A program made the position numbers and the translations under genes. The notes under the pieces were generated by a model that had not been told where the DNA came from, made no database searches, and worked only from the letters and a program-made list of their open reading frames with translations. From positions 64,001-128,000 of the IMG/VR virus record IMGVR_UViG_3300035703_000016: a stretch of DNA of 64,000 nucleotides. One strand, given 5' to 3'. This document shows positions 19,208 to 30,102 of this stretch, piece after piece; the stretch's first letter is position 1; every line of letters starts with the position of its first letter. The DNA is from a virus.

Positions 19208-20232
19208 ATCTCTATTGTTTTCCCAGAATCATAAGCCTTTTTTATATCAGTTCTTGCTTGTCCAGGAATTTTATTTATTCGATTATAAATATCTTGATTA
19301 TGAGATGAATCGTTTGTTTTTGCTGTAACAGCTTCTTTTTTTATTTTTTTCTTTTTATTTAAAAGTCCGACAATCTTTTTGATTATTGCGTCTTTTTTCT
19401 CATCTAGATTGGATTCTGGCACTTTTGTTTCTGGAGCGGGTAAATTTGACTGTTCTTTAAAATAATTTAAAGCGTTTATTTGATAGTCTTTTTCTTTTCC
19501 ATCTTCATATTCTAAAGTTACTGTACTACCTACAATGCTTTTTACAATTCCATGTCCTTCAGGAGTATTTACTCCCTGTCCTCTTCCATACTGATGATGT
19601 GTGTCCTCATTTAGTTTTTTTTTAAACATAAATGATAAAAGAGATTCTATTACTTTTTCTCGTGTTTCTGGCTGCTTCATCTGATCAAGACCTTTATGAC
19701 CTTTCGCAGTTGATGACATCTCCTTGACACCTTTTGGTTTTCCTTTTTTATTTTCTGATTTAGATGATTTTACATTTGATTTAATTTTTTCTAAACCCTT
19801 AGGAGATTTCATTTGATGATTTGGATCTTTTAATTCCTTTTTTACAAGAATCATTTTTCTTTTATCATCTATTTTTTTAATTTCTTTTGAATTAGCTATT
19901 AATATATCATCGTAACATCTTGGATCTTTTTGTAATTTTTTAACTACTTTTTCTGTTACTTTTTGATATGTATCTGGATCTATAGAAGAAAGTTTTGATA
20001 ATTCAAAATTAACAGCTTTTTTTACTAATATTGGATTAAGTCTGTCTATTTGAAGATGTAATTCTTGCTGTTCTTTTACTATGCCCTTCTGCTTTAGCAT
20101 TTTTATTGCATCATCATAAGAAGTCAAGTTTGATATAAATGGAAGTTGAGAATCTTTACGAACTTCATATAAAAATTTCTCTTTTGATATGCTCCCCTCT
20201 CTATGCTTCGCAAATAAGTTTGCTGCTGTCAT
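19204..20232 (-). CDS. lysine-rich hypothetical protein (possible prohead core / internal protein)
   Basis: Between portal and protease; motif at 20250-20257; several L/I/V-x-E sites. Confidence 0.5.
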   Translation of the reverse strand: MTAANLFAKHREGSISKEKFLYEVRKDSQLPFISNLTSYDDAIKMLKQKGIVKEQQELHLQIDRLNPILVKKAVNFELSKLSSIDPDTYQKVTEKVVKKLQKDPRCYDDILIANSKEIKKIDDKRKMILVKKELKDPNHQMKSPKGLEKIKSNVKSSKSENKKGKPKGVKEMSSTAKGHKGLDQMKQPETREKVIESLLSFMFKKKLNEDTHHQYGRGQGVNTPEGHGIVKSIVGSTVTLEYEDGKEKDYQINALNYFKEQSNLPAPETKVPESNLDEKKDAIIKKIVGLLNKKKKIKKEAVTAKTNDSSHNQDIYNRINKIPGQARTDIKKAYDSGKTIEI

Positions 20233-20264
20233 TTATTGTTATTTTGATAATAAATATTAGTGTT

Positions 20265-20789
20265 CTATCTTAATTTCTTTTGTTTGATGTAAATTTGTTT
20301 TATCATCTCTGTCATTTTATCCATTGACTTTTTTATATGAGATGTTTCATTTACCATTCCAGCAGTGGTTAGATCACTTTTTAAGGTAGCAAGATATTCC
20401 ATCATTTTATTTACTTCAGATAGTTTTTTTCTTACTATAGATACTCCAGCGTTTAATTGGCCAGCACTATTTCTTTCTCTAGCCGCTTTTTTAAATTTAG
20501 AGTAATTTTCTTTTAAATCTTCAAAATATCTTTCAGATTTATCTAATGCCTGAGCATATTGCATTCCGTGTCCAGAAGTAAAACTAGCGGGTCCTCCAGT
20601 AGTAGACATTTCTTCCATCGTATTAGGAGCATTTCTAATAATTTCTTTTGCTTGTTCTGCGGTTATTTGTCCTGATTCAACTGCAGATAGTAGCATATCA
20701 ATCAGCTTTTCTGCCATCTCTTGCTCTTCTGGAGTAGGTTGATTTTCATCTCCTCTCAGTCTATCTACCATTGATTGCATATCGCTCAT
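20265..20789 (-). CDS. hypothetical coiled-coil protein (possible prohead core)
   Basis: ORF track; head-module position. Confidence 0.5.
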   Translation of the reverse strand: MSDMQSMVDRLRGDENQPTPEEQEMAEKLIDMLLSAVESGQITAEQAKEIIRNAPNTMEEMSTTGGPASFTSGHGMQYAQALDKSERYFEDLKENYSKFKKAARERNSAGQLNAGVSIVRKKLSEVNKMMEYLATLKSDLTTAGMVNETSHIKKSMDKMTEMIKQIYIKQKKLR

Positions 20790-21634
20790 TTGTGTACTCT
20801 ATTTAGTTCTTCAATTAAATCAATATACTGTAAAAGTCCTGCGATTGTCTCGTCTTTTATTTTATTCACTGGTTGTACTAATTTTACTATCTCGTCTAAT
20901 TTTATCTTAACTACTTTATCTGTTACTTTTTTTGACAATAAAGTAATTTCAGATTTAATCTCATTTAATTGACTATTTACGTATTGATTTAATTTTGTAG
21001 TATCAGATATACTAACAATATAATTCTTTAGTACGTCTTTTTGTTTAGAAGATAGATTATCGTATTTTTGATTAAATTTTTCTACAAGTATTTTATACGT
21101 CAGTAATCTAATTTCTTTATCTTCTTGCATTAATTCTTCCATAATAGTCTTAGATACTGGCATATTGTCTAATTTTGTTTTAGTAACATGCTCCAATACT
21201 ACAACTTTATTTAAGAATACTTGTTTTATATCAACTTCTTTTGTATTTTGAGACTCTAAAGTATTATAAAGAGCAGCTATAGTCCTATAATTTTCTACTT
21301 TAGCTTTAAAAAATTCGTCTATGTCATAACTAGATTTAATCTCTTTTATAAGATTATACTTTAATTTTTGAATAGATTCCTTATTTAATTTTTTATATTG
21401 TTCTACTATAGTCTGTATCAGCATTTCAGCTTTTGATTCTGAAAGTTTAGGACTTGCTAATACACTATTATAAAGAGCATATTCTTTTCCAAGTTCTGTA
21501 TTTGTAAAATATTTTTTTAATATCTTTACAGCCTTAGATTCCTTATTCGCAATAAAATCCGCAGTAGTTTGTCTAACTAATAGTTCGAATAATATTCCAG
21601 GATTTCTATATTTTGAATGTCGCAATGATGCCAT
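20786..21634 (-). CDS. head-module hypothetical protein (HSKYRNPGILFELLVRQ type)
   Basis: Alpha-helical; directly after the portal; motif at 21654-21662. Confidence 0.55.
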   Translation of the reverse strand: MASLRHSKYRNPGILFELLVRQTTADFIANKESKAVKILKKYFTNTELGKEYALYNSVLASPKLSESKAEMLIQTIVEQYKKLNKESIQKLKYNLIKEIKSSYDIDEFFKAKVENYRTIAALYNTLESQNTKEVDIKQVFLNKVVVLEHVTKTKLDNMPVSKTIMEELMQEDKEIRLLTYKILVEKFNQKYDNLSSKQKDVLKNYIVSISDTTKLNQYVNSQLNEIKSEITLLSKKVTDKVVKIKLDEIVKLVQPVNKIKDETIAGLLQYIDLIEELNRVHK

Positions 21635-21674
21635 GAATTAATTCAGTTCTATCTATAAATATATTAATTTACTC

Positions 21675-24600
21675 TTAGACTATTTCTTCTTTAATATTTC
21701 TTTCGTCAAGTAAACCACCCTCTTGTGATTTTCCTTCAAATAAAGAAATTTTCTTTCCTTTAAACATTTTTTCAAGACCGTCTTTATTCTGCAAATACAC
21801 TGCCATAGTACTTTCAAAACTCAATGGTCCTCCTTTATACTCTACTTTATCTTCTCCTCTTTCAATACTTGATGACATTCCTTTTTTTCCAATAGGATCT
21901 CTTCCAAATATGCTTTTATCTGTTCCTATAATTGATTTATACTTCTCAGGTCTTCCTGGCATTTTGATTGGCTCATTTGGATTAGTTTCATTATATCCAG
22001 GCGGTACGTCTAAAGCAGGTTTTCCTCCATATAATCCAGCTATCTGAGATGGTGTTCCAAATGCAGTTCCAGACTCTAAAGGATCATTTCCTTCATTCTC
22101 TATTTGATCATATCTAAATTTAGTTTTCTTATCTTCTATTATCATATCTTCTAATTCTCCAAAAGAATCTGGAGATAGATGAAATACATTCTCCCACACA
22201 TACTCTTTTGGTAATATAGAAGCTTCCATTGCTTGAGCAGCTAAGTCAATTTTTTCTTTAAACATAGCTATTCTCTCTTGATCATATATTATAGAAGGAT
22301 TTGTTAGACTAAGACTAAAATTCGCCATTCCTTCATCTGTATATCCATTTGCATATAAATGTACTAAGGCTATTTTTTTTAATTCTGATACTACTATCCT
22401 CTGTAATCTTTCAACAGTTCTGGCGAACCTGATGTCTTCCGCAGCCAATGTCGAGTTTTTGATAACTATTTCATTATCAAGTAGATAGTTATGATTTTCA
22501 TTTTTATCATGAACTTCCATATTATAAGTATCAACTTTTTCAGAAAGCCACTCAACTTTAACCACTTTGTGATTATAACATACACCTATTTGTTTTTTAA
22601 AGTCTTCTATATCTAATCCATGCTTTTGTATTTGAGATTTTATAGATTTTCTTGTATATCCAGAAATACTAAAGAATTGATCTAAATCTTTACATCCATT
22701 AGCAATTTCTACTAATCTATTTATTCTTAGATTTTTAGGTCTTCCGTGTCTAAATCCTGTATACTGGTTTAAAAATTCTGTTACTGTATATCCGCAATGT
22801 TCTATAACTTCTTTTATAATTTGAATGCTATATCCAGATATTTTTCTAAAATCAACTATATTATCTATACTACCTTTTTCTCTTTGAGCAACCTCAATTA
22901 AATACTCTATAGTCGGTCTTTCAATCCACCTTACGCTATTTTCTTTATGCAAATCCGGTCTGCCATTTGGAAATTTATTTCTATATCCATCTAATAGAGC
23001 TTCATGAGAATTTCTCTGCCTATTGCTATTTATTATTTTTTGAGACCTTTCTTCACTATATCCAGATTTTATTATAGCTACTCTTTCATCATAAGTTTTA
23101 GATAGCCATGAATTTCTGAGTATATTTTTTAATTTTGGATTTTCATCCATTTGTTTTTTTCTTATTTCAGAATATTTTTTTCTATTTTCTGGTTTTCTTT
23201 TAGTATCTTTTGATTTTTGTATAGATTCAGGACTTTTGATAGTTTGTTCCATATTATTTGAATGTAATATAACATGGTCTCTCCAAGTCATTCTTTGAAG
23301 ATTGTCTGGATTATTGTTATATCTATTAAAGTCTTTATGATGAACAATTATTAATGAATTTCTATTAAATTTTCCATCTTCTGTTATTCCATTTGATGTT
23401 ATCTTTTCATTAAAATATTCGTCCACCATTTTGTGAGTATTTTGCCAAGTTTTTGAATATGGTTGATATATTCTCTCATACGTATTTGTATTTTTTCTTC
23501 CTATCTTGACAAAATCTTTTATTATGGTCCTTAAGCTATCTCCAGGTTTTAAATCTTGAGCTTCTACTCTAGTTCCATCTTCTAATAAAAATCCATGATC
23601 TGGTGTAGTAATGACGTAAGTGTCATTATCTATATATACTTTTACTAATTGAGCATTTAATCTTGTCTTTTGAGCCGTAACAATTTTTCCAGGAACTACA
23701 CTATTAGTTTTAAAATCAAAAGAATATGTCCATAGGTTTGATTGAGGATCTTTTTCGAAAATGTCAGATATTTCTTTTATTGTTTTTGTAGTTCCATTCA
23801 ACAAAGATATTTTTGTATCTGGATGGAGACATTTGCCCGTAAGGTCTTTTTCATATCCCATAAAAGCTTTAGGTATTTTTAAAGCCGCAAATAGTTTTTC
23901 TCTAAAATAAACTACGTCTTCTATGGCATTATACTCTAATCCCTTTGCTGTATCTATTCTAGTTGATGTATCGTTTCCTCTAACAGGCACAATAAAATCT
24001 TCTAGTAAATTTTGTTGATTATATTTTAAATTATATTGTCCAGTTTGAGGATCCATAAGAGGTGTTTTTTTCATCTTATTAATCATCCTCTGTACATAAT
24101 TTTCTACTTCATTTGGAGGTATTGCTCCAACGTTTGTATAAAAAATTCTTCTTTCTGGGGCTCTAGTTATTCTATGAATCAGCATAGCATCCTCTATCAA
24201 TGTATACTGCTTAAATAGCTTTCTTGCTGGTTCTAGATATGATCTACCATAGGGCAGATAATTAACGTCTCCAATTAGCCTAAAATGCGCCATTTCATAA
24301 TTATCAAACCATACTCCAGCATCTTGATTATTATAAGCTGATGTATAACCTGAAGTAGATGATAAAGCGGCATTTGGATCAAATTTAAATCTTACTTCAT
24401 TTGGGTTATTTGGATTAAATCCCTCTTGTCTAACTATATTGTATGCTGAAAATGGTATTACGTTATATACTCCAAATTTTTCTGAAATTTCAAGTTTAAG
24501 ATAAAAATCCCCGTACTTACACATATTTCTGATCCAAGACCATAGATTAAATTCTATATTTAAAACAGAATAAAATAGATTTTCAAGAATCTTTTGAATA

Positions 24601-24968
24601 TTTTCATCAGAAGATCTAATTGTTAAAACATGACCTTGATCATTTTTAAGTGTGGCCTCATCAGCTATAATATCCAAAGCTGACGCAATAATAGCGTCAG
24701 TATCCATTGCATCGTAATCTGCGTATATCTGAACTCTTGCTGATTGATAATTTTGAGCAAGATTCAAATTAACTCCGTATGCCGTAGATGTTGTATAAAC
24801 TTTATGAAATCTATCTATTAGACTATTCGTCTGAATTACTCCATTTCTTTGAGTTCCGTCAGTGTCCATAACCGACAATATATTCCCTCCGCCATTATTT
24901 CTTATTATAACATCAGTGCTAAATAGTCTACGTAGCGTAGAAAATATATTTTGTTGTATATCTGCCAT
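21675..24968 (-). CDS. gp20: portal protein (T4 gp20-like) containing an intein
   Basis: YGDFY, PYGRSYLE, EDAMLIHRITRAPERRIFY, LEDF and LAAEDIRFARTVERLQ motifs; about 638 aa after splicing. Confidence 0.95.
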   Translation of the reverse strand: MADIQQNIFSTLRRLFSTDVIIRNNGGGNILSVMDTDGTQRNGVIQTNSLIDRFHKVYTTSTAYGVNLNLAQNYQSARVQIYADYDAMDTDAIIASALDIIADEATLKNDQGHVLTIRSSDENIQKILENLFYSVLNIEFNLWSWIRNMCKYGDFYLKLEISEKFGVYNVIPFSAYNIVRQEGFNPNNPNEVRFKFDPNAALSSTSGYTSAYNNQDAGVWFDNYEMAHFRLIGDVNYLPYGRSYLEPARKLFKQYTLIEDAMLIHRITRAPERRIFYTNVGAIPPNEVENYVQRMINKMKKTPLMDPQTGQYNLKYNQQNLLEDFIVPVRGNDTSTRIDTAKGLEYNAIEDVVYFREKLFAALKIPKAFMGYEKDLTGKCLHPDTKISLLNGTTKTIKEISDIFEKDPQSNLWTYSFDFKTNSVVPGKIVTAQKTRLNAQLVKVYIDNDTYVITTPDHGFLLEDGTRVEAQDLKPGDSLRTIIKDFVKIGRKNTNTYERIYQPYSKTWQNTHKMVDEYFNEKITSNGITEDGKFNRNSLIIVHHKDFNRYNNNPDNLQRMTWRDHVILHSNNMEQTIKSPESIQKSKDTKRKPENRKKYSEIRKKQMDENPKLKNILRNSWLSKTYDERVAIIKSGYSEERSQKIINSNRQRNSHEALLDGYRNKFPNGRPDLHKENSVRWIERPTIEYLIEVAQREKGSIDNIVDFRKISGYSIQIIKEVIEHCGYTVTEFLNQYTGFRHGRPKNLRINRLVEIANGCKDLDQFFSISGYTRKSIKSQIQKHGLDIEDFKKQIGVCYNHKVVKVEWLSEKVDTYNMEVHDKNENHNYLLDNEIVIKNSTLAAEDIRFARTVERLQRIVVSELKKIALVHLYANGYTDEGMANFSLSLTNPSIIYDQERIAMFKEKIDLAAQAMEASILPKEYVWENVFHLSPDSFGELEDMIIEDKKTKFRYDQIENEGNDPLESGTAFGTPSQIAGLYGGKPALDVPPGYNETNPNEPIKMPGRPEKYKSIIGTDKSIFGRDPIGKKGMSSSIERGEDKVEYKGGPLSFESTMAVYLQNKDGLEKMFKGKKISLFEGKSQEGGLLDERNIKEEIV
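22455..23831 (-). mobile_element. intein (459 aa) with HNH endonuclease, in the portal
   Basis: Begins CLHPDTKI after DLTGK; block B TTPDHGF; HNH motif VHHKDFNRYNNNPDNL; ends TYNMEV...HNY...IVIKN followed by Ser. Confidence 0.9.
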
Positions 24969-24974
24969 ATTTTT

Positions 24975-26579
24975 TTATATTAACCAAGACAAATTTTCTA
25001 TAGAGCTTCCTCCTATAGTATTATTTATTTCCATTTGCCAAGGATTGCGATTCATAAAATTTGTTGTATTATAAACTTGAGTATCAGAAACTTTTTTCAT
25101 ACTGTCTAATGTTGCATATGTAAGACTTTCTGCTGTTCTTCTAAATCTAATTGAAGAATCTCTCATATACATTAGTATTGCAAATGACATTACTAAATCA
25201 TCATTGTATCCTTGTAGTGCTTGAGCTTTGCTATTTTTCCAAACAAAAACTCTTAATTCTTCTAATAGTCTAATTGATTTTATTTTAACTTGTTTTGTTT
25301 CTATAAAATCTCTCATTCTTTCAACTATTAGTGGTCTAGAAGCAGATGACATTGTAAATCCAGGAACTAAAGAATCTGTTGTTGCATATCTTTCTAATCT
25401 CTTTTCTTGATCTAGACTAAAATCTGTTCTATGCGAATAATGCAAATTTTGATATCCACTTTCTATTAAAGTCTGTAAAACGTCCCATCCTATATTCGCA
25501 TTTTCTACTGCCACAAGAGCATTATTATATTCGTAGGCAACTGCTAATATAGTTTTTGCATATTCTCTAGTATCGCATTGAGATTGATACTCTGCTACCT
25601 GAGTTAGTGTATCTACGTCTAAAACATGAAATGCTGAGTAATCTGCACCATCGCCTCTTGCCACGTCTGCGCATAGCAAATATGTTTTCATTGGACTTGG
25701 ATATTCCCATACCCATAAAGATTTATCTAATCCTCTTCTTTCTATTGGATCAGTAACTTGATTATCTTCATACCAAGTCAATACTTCTGGAATAATCACT
25801 GTATTACCAGAACTGGAAAAGTCTGTATCACACTCCTGTGCTGCCATTCTTATTCCTAAATCTTGATCTTGCTTGTCTCTCCAATTTTGATCTCTTTCAG
25901 GATGCACTGTCCATGGAAGAGAAACTGGAACGAAACTATTCTCTTTCTTTTGAGCTTTTACATATGTTTTATGGAACCAGTTACCGACACCATTTGGGGT
26001 TGATAGAGCAATACACTTTCCACCAGTAGCTAACGTTTGTTGAGCAGATCCAAATAATTCCTCTGCGTTATCGATAAACGCAGCTTCGTCCATTGCTAAT
26101 AAAGATACTGCTTCAGAACGAGCGGAATCACTTGCTCCAGAAACTGCTTTTATTTGAGATCCATTTGTTAATCTTAGACTTAATCTATTATCTTCTGTTG
26201 TTCCTATTTTTAACCAAGTGGGAAGATTATCATAAGCAAATCTAACTTTAGTAACCATGTTCTTAGCGGTCTCTTGCTTGGTAGCTATTACAAGTACATT
26301 TTTATCCTTATGAAATAACATTAGCCATAAAGCGTACGCTGATACTAGAGTTGATATTCCAAGTTGTCTCGATTTATTTATAATTACATTCTGATCTCCT
26401 GTAAATACTTTTAATACTAATTCCTGAAATGGGTATAAACTAAACAGCATTCTACCTTTTTGAGGATGCTGTATCATGTAATACTTCTTCATAAAATAAA
26501 TAGGATCAGTTGCACACTTCATGAACTCCTCTTTAATCTTATCTTTTATTGCTGTGCTCTTTAATACTACTTCAGACAT
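24975..26579 (-). CDS. terL: terminase large subunit (T4 gp17-like)
   Basis: Walker A KSRQLGIST, Walker B LLAMDEAAF, STPNG, nuclease ADVARG.G.DYS and NDDLVMS. Confidence 0.95.
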   Translation of the reverse strand: MSEVVLKSTAIKDKIKEEFMKCATDPIYFMKKYYMIQHPQKGRMLFSLYPFQELVLKVFTGDQNVIINKSRQLGISTLVSAYALWLMLFHKDKNVLVIATKQETAKNMVTKVRFAYDNLPTWLKIGTTEDNRLSLRLTNGSQIKAVSGASDSARSEAVSLLAMDEAAFIDNAEELFGSAQQTLATGGKCIALSTPNGVGNWFHKTYVKAQKKENSFVPVSLPWTVHPERDQNWRDKQDQDLGIRMAAQECDTDFSSSGNTVIIPEVLTWYEDNQVTDPIERRGLDKSLWVWEYPSPMKTYLLCADVARGDGADYSAFHVLDVDTLTQVAEYQSQCDTREYAKTILAVAYEYNNALVAVENANIGWDVLQTLIESGYQNLHYSHRTDFSLDQEKRLERYATTDSLVPGFTMSSASRPLIVERMRDFIETKQVKIKSIRLLEELRVFVWKNSKAQALQGYNDDLVMSFAILMYMRDSSIRFRRTAESLTYATLDSMKKVSDTQVYNTTNFMNRNPWQMEINNTIGGSSIENLSWLI

Positions 26580-26634
26580 ATTTACTCTTTTATTATAATC
26601 TATTTATTTGATCTTTTATAATTATTCTTTTTAG

Positions 26635-27090
26635 TTATGCTTCTTCTTGAGGAGTTTCTTCTTTTTCTGACTGTGACGGTATTTCTTCAGATCTAGATCC
26701 AGACTCTTCTTCTGGACCTTGAGATTGAGTTTTTTGTCCGTATCTCTGTAGTCTTGATATTGCCATCGTAGCCCTTTGAACTTCTCCTAAATTCATAAGA
26801 TAATATCTCTTACCCAATACAGTCGCTTCATATGCTTTTCCCATGAATGTCATGAAAAAATATTGACCATTTTTTAAAAGAATTTTGAATGTTGTTGGCT
26901 TTCCTGACATTATAAATATCCCAGAAATATACTCTTTAAAAGTATTTCCCATTATTATACTCAGATTATTATGAAGTCTTTTGTACTTCTTTAATATATA
27001 TTTCATAGGATCAGCTTCAAATTCTGGATTTGATGGAGCTTCATTTATTTCTCTTAATAAATTTTTTAGTATGTCTGTTAGCTTTATCAT
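26635..27090 (-). CDS. hypothetical protein with MIKL-tag (putative internal head protein)
   Basis: N-terminus MIKLTDILKNLLREINE. Confidence 0.55.
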   Translation of the reverse strand: MIKLTDILKNLLREINEAPSNPEFEADPMKYILKKYKRLHNNLSIIMGNTFKEYISGIFIMSGKPTTFKILLKNGQYFFMTFMGKAYEATVLGKRYYLMNLGEVQRATMAISRLQRYGQKTQSQGPEEESGSRSEEIPSQSEKEETPQEEA

Positions 27091-27446
27091 TAGCTCATCA
27101 TTTGATTGAAAGTCTTAAAATTGAATTTAGAGTGCATCATCAAATTGTCATTATCTTTGAATTGATATAAATTTGCTCCATCTTTAGTAAATTCAATTTC
27201 TATTTTTGTTCTATTTTTAGGATAATAAACCATTCCGCCAGTTGTTATTTTAGTTGGATATAGATTATAGTTGACTTTTGCATATTTCCAAATATCGTTA
27301 ATTATCTTAGGAAGTCCTTGATATTCAACAAATTGAGCTATTACTGAACCATCCATTAATTGATCTTTATCGACTATGTATGATTCTTGATACTCTGTAT
27401 TAGGCTTCCAACCAATCTCTTTTAATATGTCTGCTAATTTTATCAT
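27090..27446 (-). CDS. hypothetical protein with MIKL-tag (putative internal head protein)
   Basis: N-terminus MIKLADILKE. Confidence 0.55.
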   Translation of the reverse strand: MIKLADILKEIGWKPNTEYQESYIVDKDQLMDGSVIAQFVEYQGLPKIINDIWKYAKVNYNLYPTKITTGGMVYYPKNRTKIEIEFTKDGANLYQFKDNDNLMMHSKFNFKTFNQMMS

Positions 27447-27462
27447 TACTTTTTTATAATTA

Positions 27463-30102
27463 TTATCTTATTAGAGTTACGTCTCCTTTTTCTATGTGTT
27501 GTTCTCCTTCGCATTCATATATTATTACCCAATAATATACTCCAACTTCTTGAATGATTCCTTTATAAGTTCCATCCCATCCTTTTGAAGCTAGTAATTT
27601 AGATGTGTAAACTTCTTGACCCCAACGATTAAATATACTAAATTGATGAATTTTAAATCTATCTCCAATTGGTCTGAACAAATCATTTAATCCGTCACCA
27701 TTAGGAGTAAAAGCAAGAGGTACATTAAATTTACAACACGATTTTGGGTCTATTTTAACTGAGTCCATACTAACGCATCCATGAGAAGACATAGCGTATA
27801 AAATTGCAGTTCTACTAGCGTCTATATATCCTTGAATATATGTCTGACTTGTTAAATCCTGATTATAAAAATAGTATATAGGTAACCATCTATAAACAAT
27901 ATTCTGTTTTGGATTTAGAGGAGAAAAGTTAATTTTATCTCCTATACACACTTCTTCATTAAATTCTGATATTCTAGCATCTGGATAATCTTGTACTTCA
28001 ATTAATTTAGAAAAAGTATCAGAATAGCAATACGTGTTTTTTACAACTAATTTAATATTATATTTTCCTGTATCTGGGTAGTGAAATGTATAAATGCCTT
28101 GAGCATATTCTGGAATATCTGCTAATAATGTGCTATCAAAATTCCAATAATACTCGATAACATTATTTTTTTGATTAGTCGCTAAAATACTAACAGTGTC
28201 TCCTTTACATATCTTACTTTTAGGATACTCGTCTATTTGCACTTCTGGTATTTTAATTACTTTTAAATTTAATGTAGATACTGAATCACATCCGTATTGA
28301 TTTATAAATTTTCTAGAGTAAACTCCTTCTTTATTATAGGAAATTCCTGCAAAATGAATAGTATCTCCAGAACATATAGAGTCATTTATAGTAGTTGACT
28401 GAGTTGGCAATATGGTGACTATTATTCTTATTGTAGAATCGCATCCATTAGTTGTATAAAATTTTACAGGATATATGCCCTCCGTATTATAAGCTATTCC
28501 ATCAAAAATATACTCCTCTCCTGGACATATCGATATTGGTTTGTTTATTGTATAAGTGGGGTTTACTATAACATTTATAGGAAGTCTAAATGATTCGCAT
28601 CCTGCAATAGTTTGAGTTACCCACCAAGTATATAACCCAGGAGTAGTCGTATTTGGAATAGGGGAGATTGTTGAGCCCACGCCTCCAGTTAAGCTAGTAT
28701 ACCACTTTAAAATGCCAATTCCTGCTACTCCAGAGCTCAATGGGGCAGCTATTTCATTTTGGCAATACATTGTATCGCTAACTACTGGATTTGCTGCTAA
28801 AATGGGAATTACAGTTAAAAGAAATTTTTTATTTAGTTTTCTACATCTTGTAGTATCTACTCCTGTAATTGTATAAGTTGTAATTGCTGAAATAGAAGAT
28901 AGTGTCAAAATAGTGCTCACTCCAGTAGTAGAAGAGAGACCTATACCAGGAGACCATGTCCATTTGCTCCAACTCCAATTTTTATCTGACGCGTTTTTAA
29001 TTTCTAAATTTACTAATCCTGATGATGATATGCATGTTGTTATCGTATCTACTGAATCAACTTCACTTCCATTTACTATCATTGTAGGTTCTGGAAATGC
29101 TGTATCTAAGGCGCCTTGCATAGAAGTAGATCCATTATAGATATATGCATAAGAAAATGTTGTACTATCTCCAGGAAGAATATTACATAGATTATATACA
29201 AGTCCTATTGCTATATCCGACGTTGCTCCAGTATTTACTCCATAATAAGATGTTCCTATTCCTGTTGCTGTTCCAGACCACATTGACACATATGTTACAG
29301 TCGTCGCTAATGGCCATGAATTGTAAACCATACATTTTGCTCTGTCATCTTTTGTCCCAAGTGATATTGAAGCAGCAGGAGATCCAGTAGAAGACGTTCC
29401 TCCAGTAGCTGTTGAAGACACCATTACTCTATGATAAAAATCATTTTGAAATCTTACTGTATTAATTGTAGAAAAAGATCCTCCCCAAGGTACGCTTTGA
29501 TCAGGATCGCATGATCTCATATAATATACATTATTCAACGTAGTAGTGCCAGTATTATATAATCTAACACTAATTACTAAAGCAGACGAAAGCGTGTCTA
29601 CTCTATACTCTTTTCTTATTTGTAACTGCCCTCCTAAAAAAGATCCAGACCAATCTCCTGTTATTTTTCCACTAGAATTTAAATAAGAAATCCAATTACC
29701 TGTAGCTGGAACTAATCCTCCTGATAAATTACAATTTGAAGAATACGCCCATTCTCTAATTCCACTAATTTCTATTCCCCATCCTTCCCAAGGAGATCCT
29801 GGAAGAGTATAGTCTCCCATATAATTAGGAGTACCTATAGTCCATCCATCTAATCCAAAATCATATACAGATGCTAATAGACTAGAAGATGAACCTCCAC
29901 ATAAAAAAACTGGACCACCGGTTCTCGGATGATATCCAGCCGGAGCAGCTACTCCTGATCCTAAAGACGCATTTGCTTGTGCTCCGATTTCTAAATATTT
30001 TCCTTGAAGAAATAGATTACCAGACACGATCTGTGAATTTGATTTTAAAACGCTAAATATAAGCGTTAGCACTACTAGAATTGCAAATTTTAAATTTTTC
30101 AT
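27463..30102 (-). CDS. secreted adhesin-like protein with signal peptide, Ig/PKD-like domains and T9SS type-B (gliding motility-associated) C-terminal sorting domain
   Basis: Sec signal MKNLKFAILVVLTLIFSVLKSNS-Q; CTD VPLAFTPNGDGLND.F...IFNRWG..VY...GWDGT...GVYYW...KGDVTLIR; GCDS repeats. ATG 30102 preferred over TTG 30108. Confidence 0.9.
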   Translation of the reverse strand: MKNLKFAILVVLTLIFSVLKSNSQIVSGNLFLQGKYLEIGAQANASLGSGVAAPAGYHPRTGGPVFLCGGSSSSLLASVYDFGLDGWTIGTPNYMGDYTLPGSPWEGWGIEISGIREWAYSSNCNLSGGLVPATGNWISYLNSSGKITGDWSGSFLGGQLQIRKEYRVDTLSSALVISVRLYNTGTTTLNNVYYMRSCDPDQSVPWGGSFSTINTVRFQNDFYHRVMVSSTATGGTSSTGSPAASISLGTKDDRAKCMVYNSWPLATTVTYVSMWSGTATGIGTSYYGVNTGATSDIAIGLVYNLCNILPGDSTTFSYAYIYNGSTSMQGALDTAFPEPTMIVNGSEVDSVDTITTCISSSGLVNLEIKNASDKNWSWSKWTWSPGIGLSSTTGVSTILTLSSISAITTYTITGVDTTRCRKLNKKFLLTVIPILAANPVVSDTMYCQNEIAAPLSSGVAGIGILKWYTSLTGGVGSTISPIPNTTTPGLYTWWVTQTIAGCESFRLPINVIVNPTYTINKPISICPGEEYIFDGIAYNTEGIYPVKFYTTNGCDSTIRIIVTILPTQSTTINDSICSGDTIHFAGISYNKEGVYSRKFINQYGCDSVSTLNLKVIKIPEVQIDEYPKSKICKGDTVSILATNQKNNVIEYYWNFDSTLLADIPEYAQGIYTFHYPDTGKYNIKLVVKNTYCYSDTFSKLIEVQDYPDARISEFNEEVCIGDKINFSPLNPKQNIVYRWLPIYYFYNQDLTSQTYIQGYIDASRTAILYAMSSHGCVSMDSVKIDPKSCCKFNVPLAFTPNGDGLNDLFRPIGDRFKIHQFSIFNRWGQEVYTSKLLASKGWDGTYKGIIQEVGVYYWVIIYECEGEQHIEKGDVTLIR

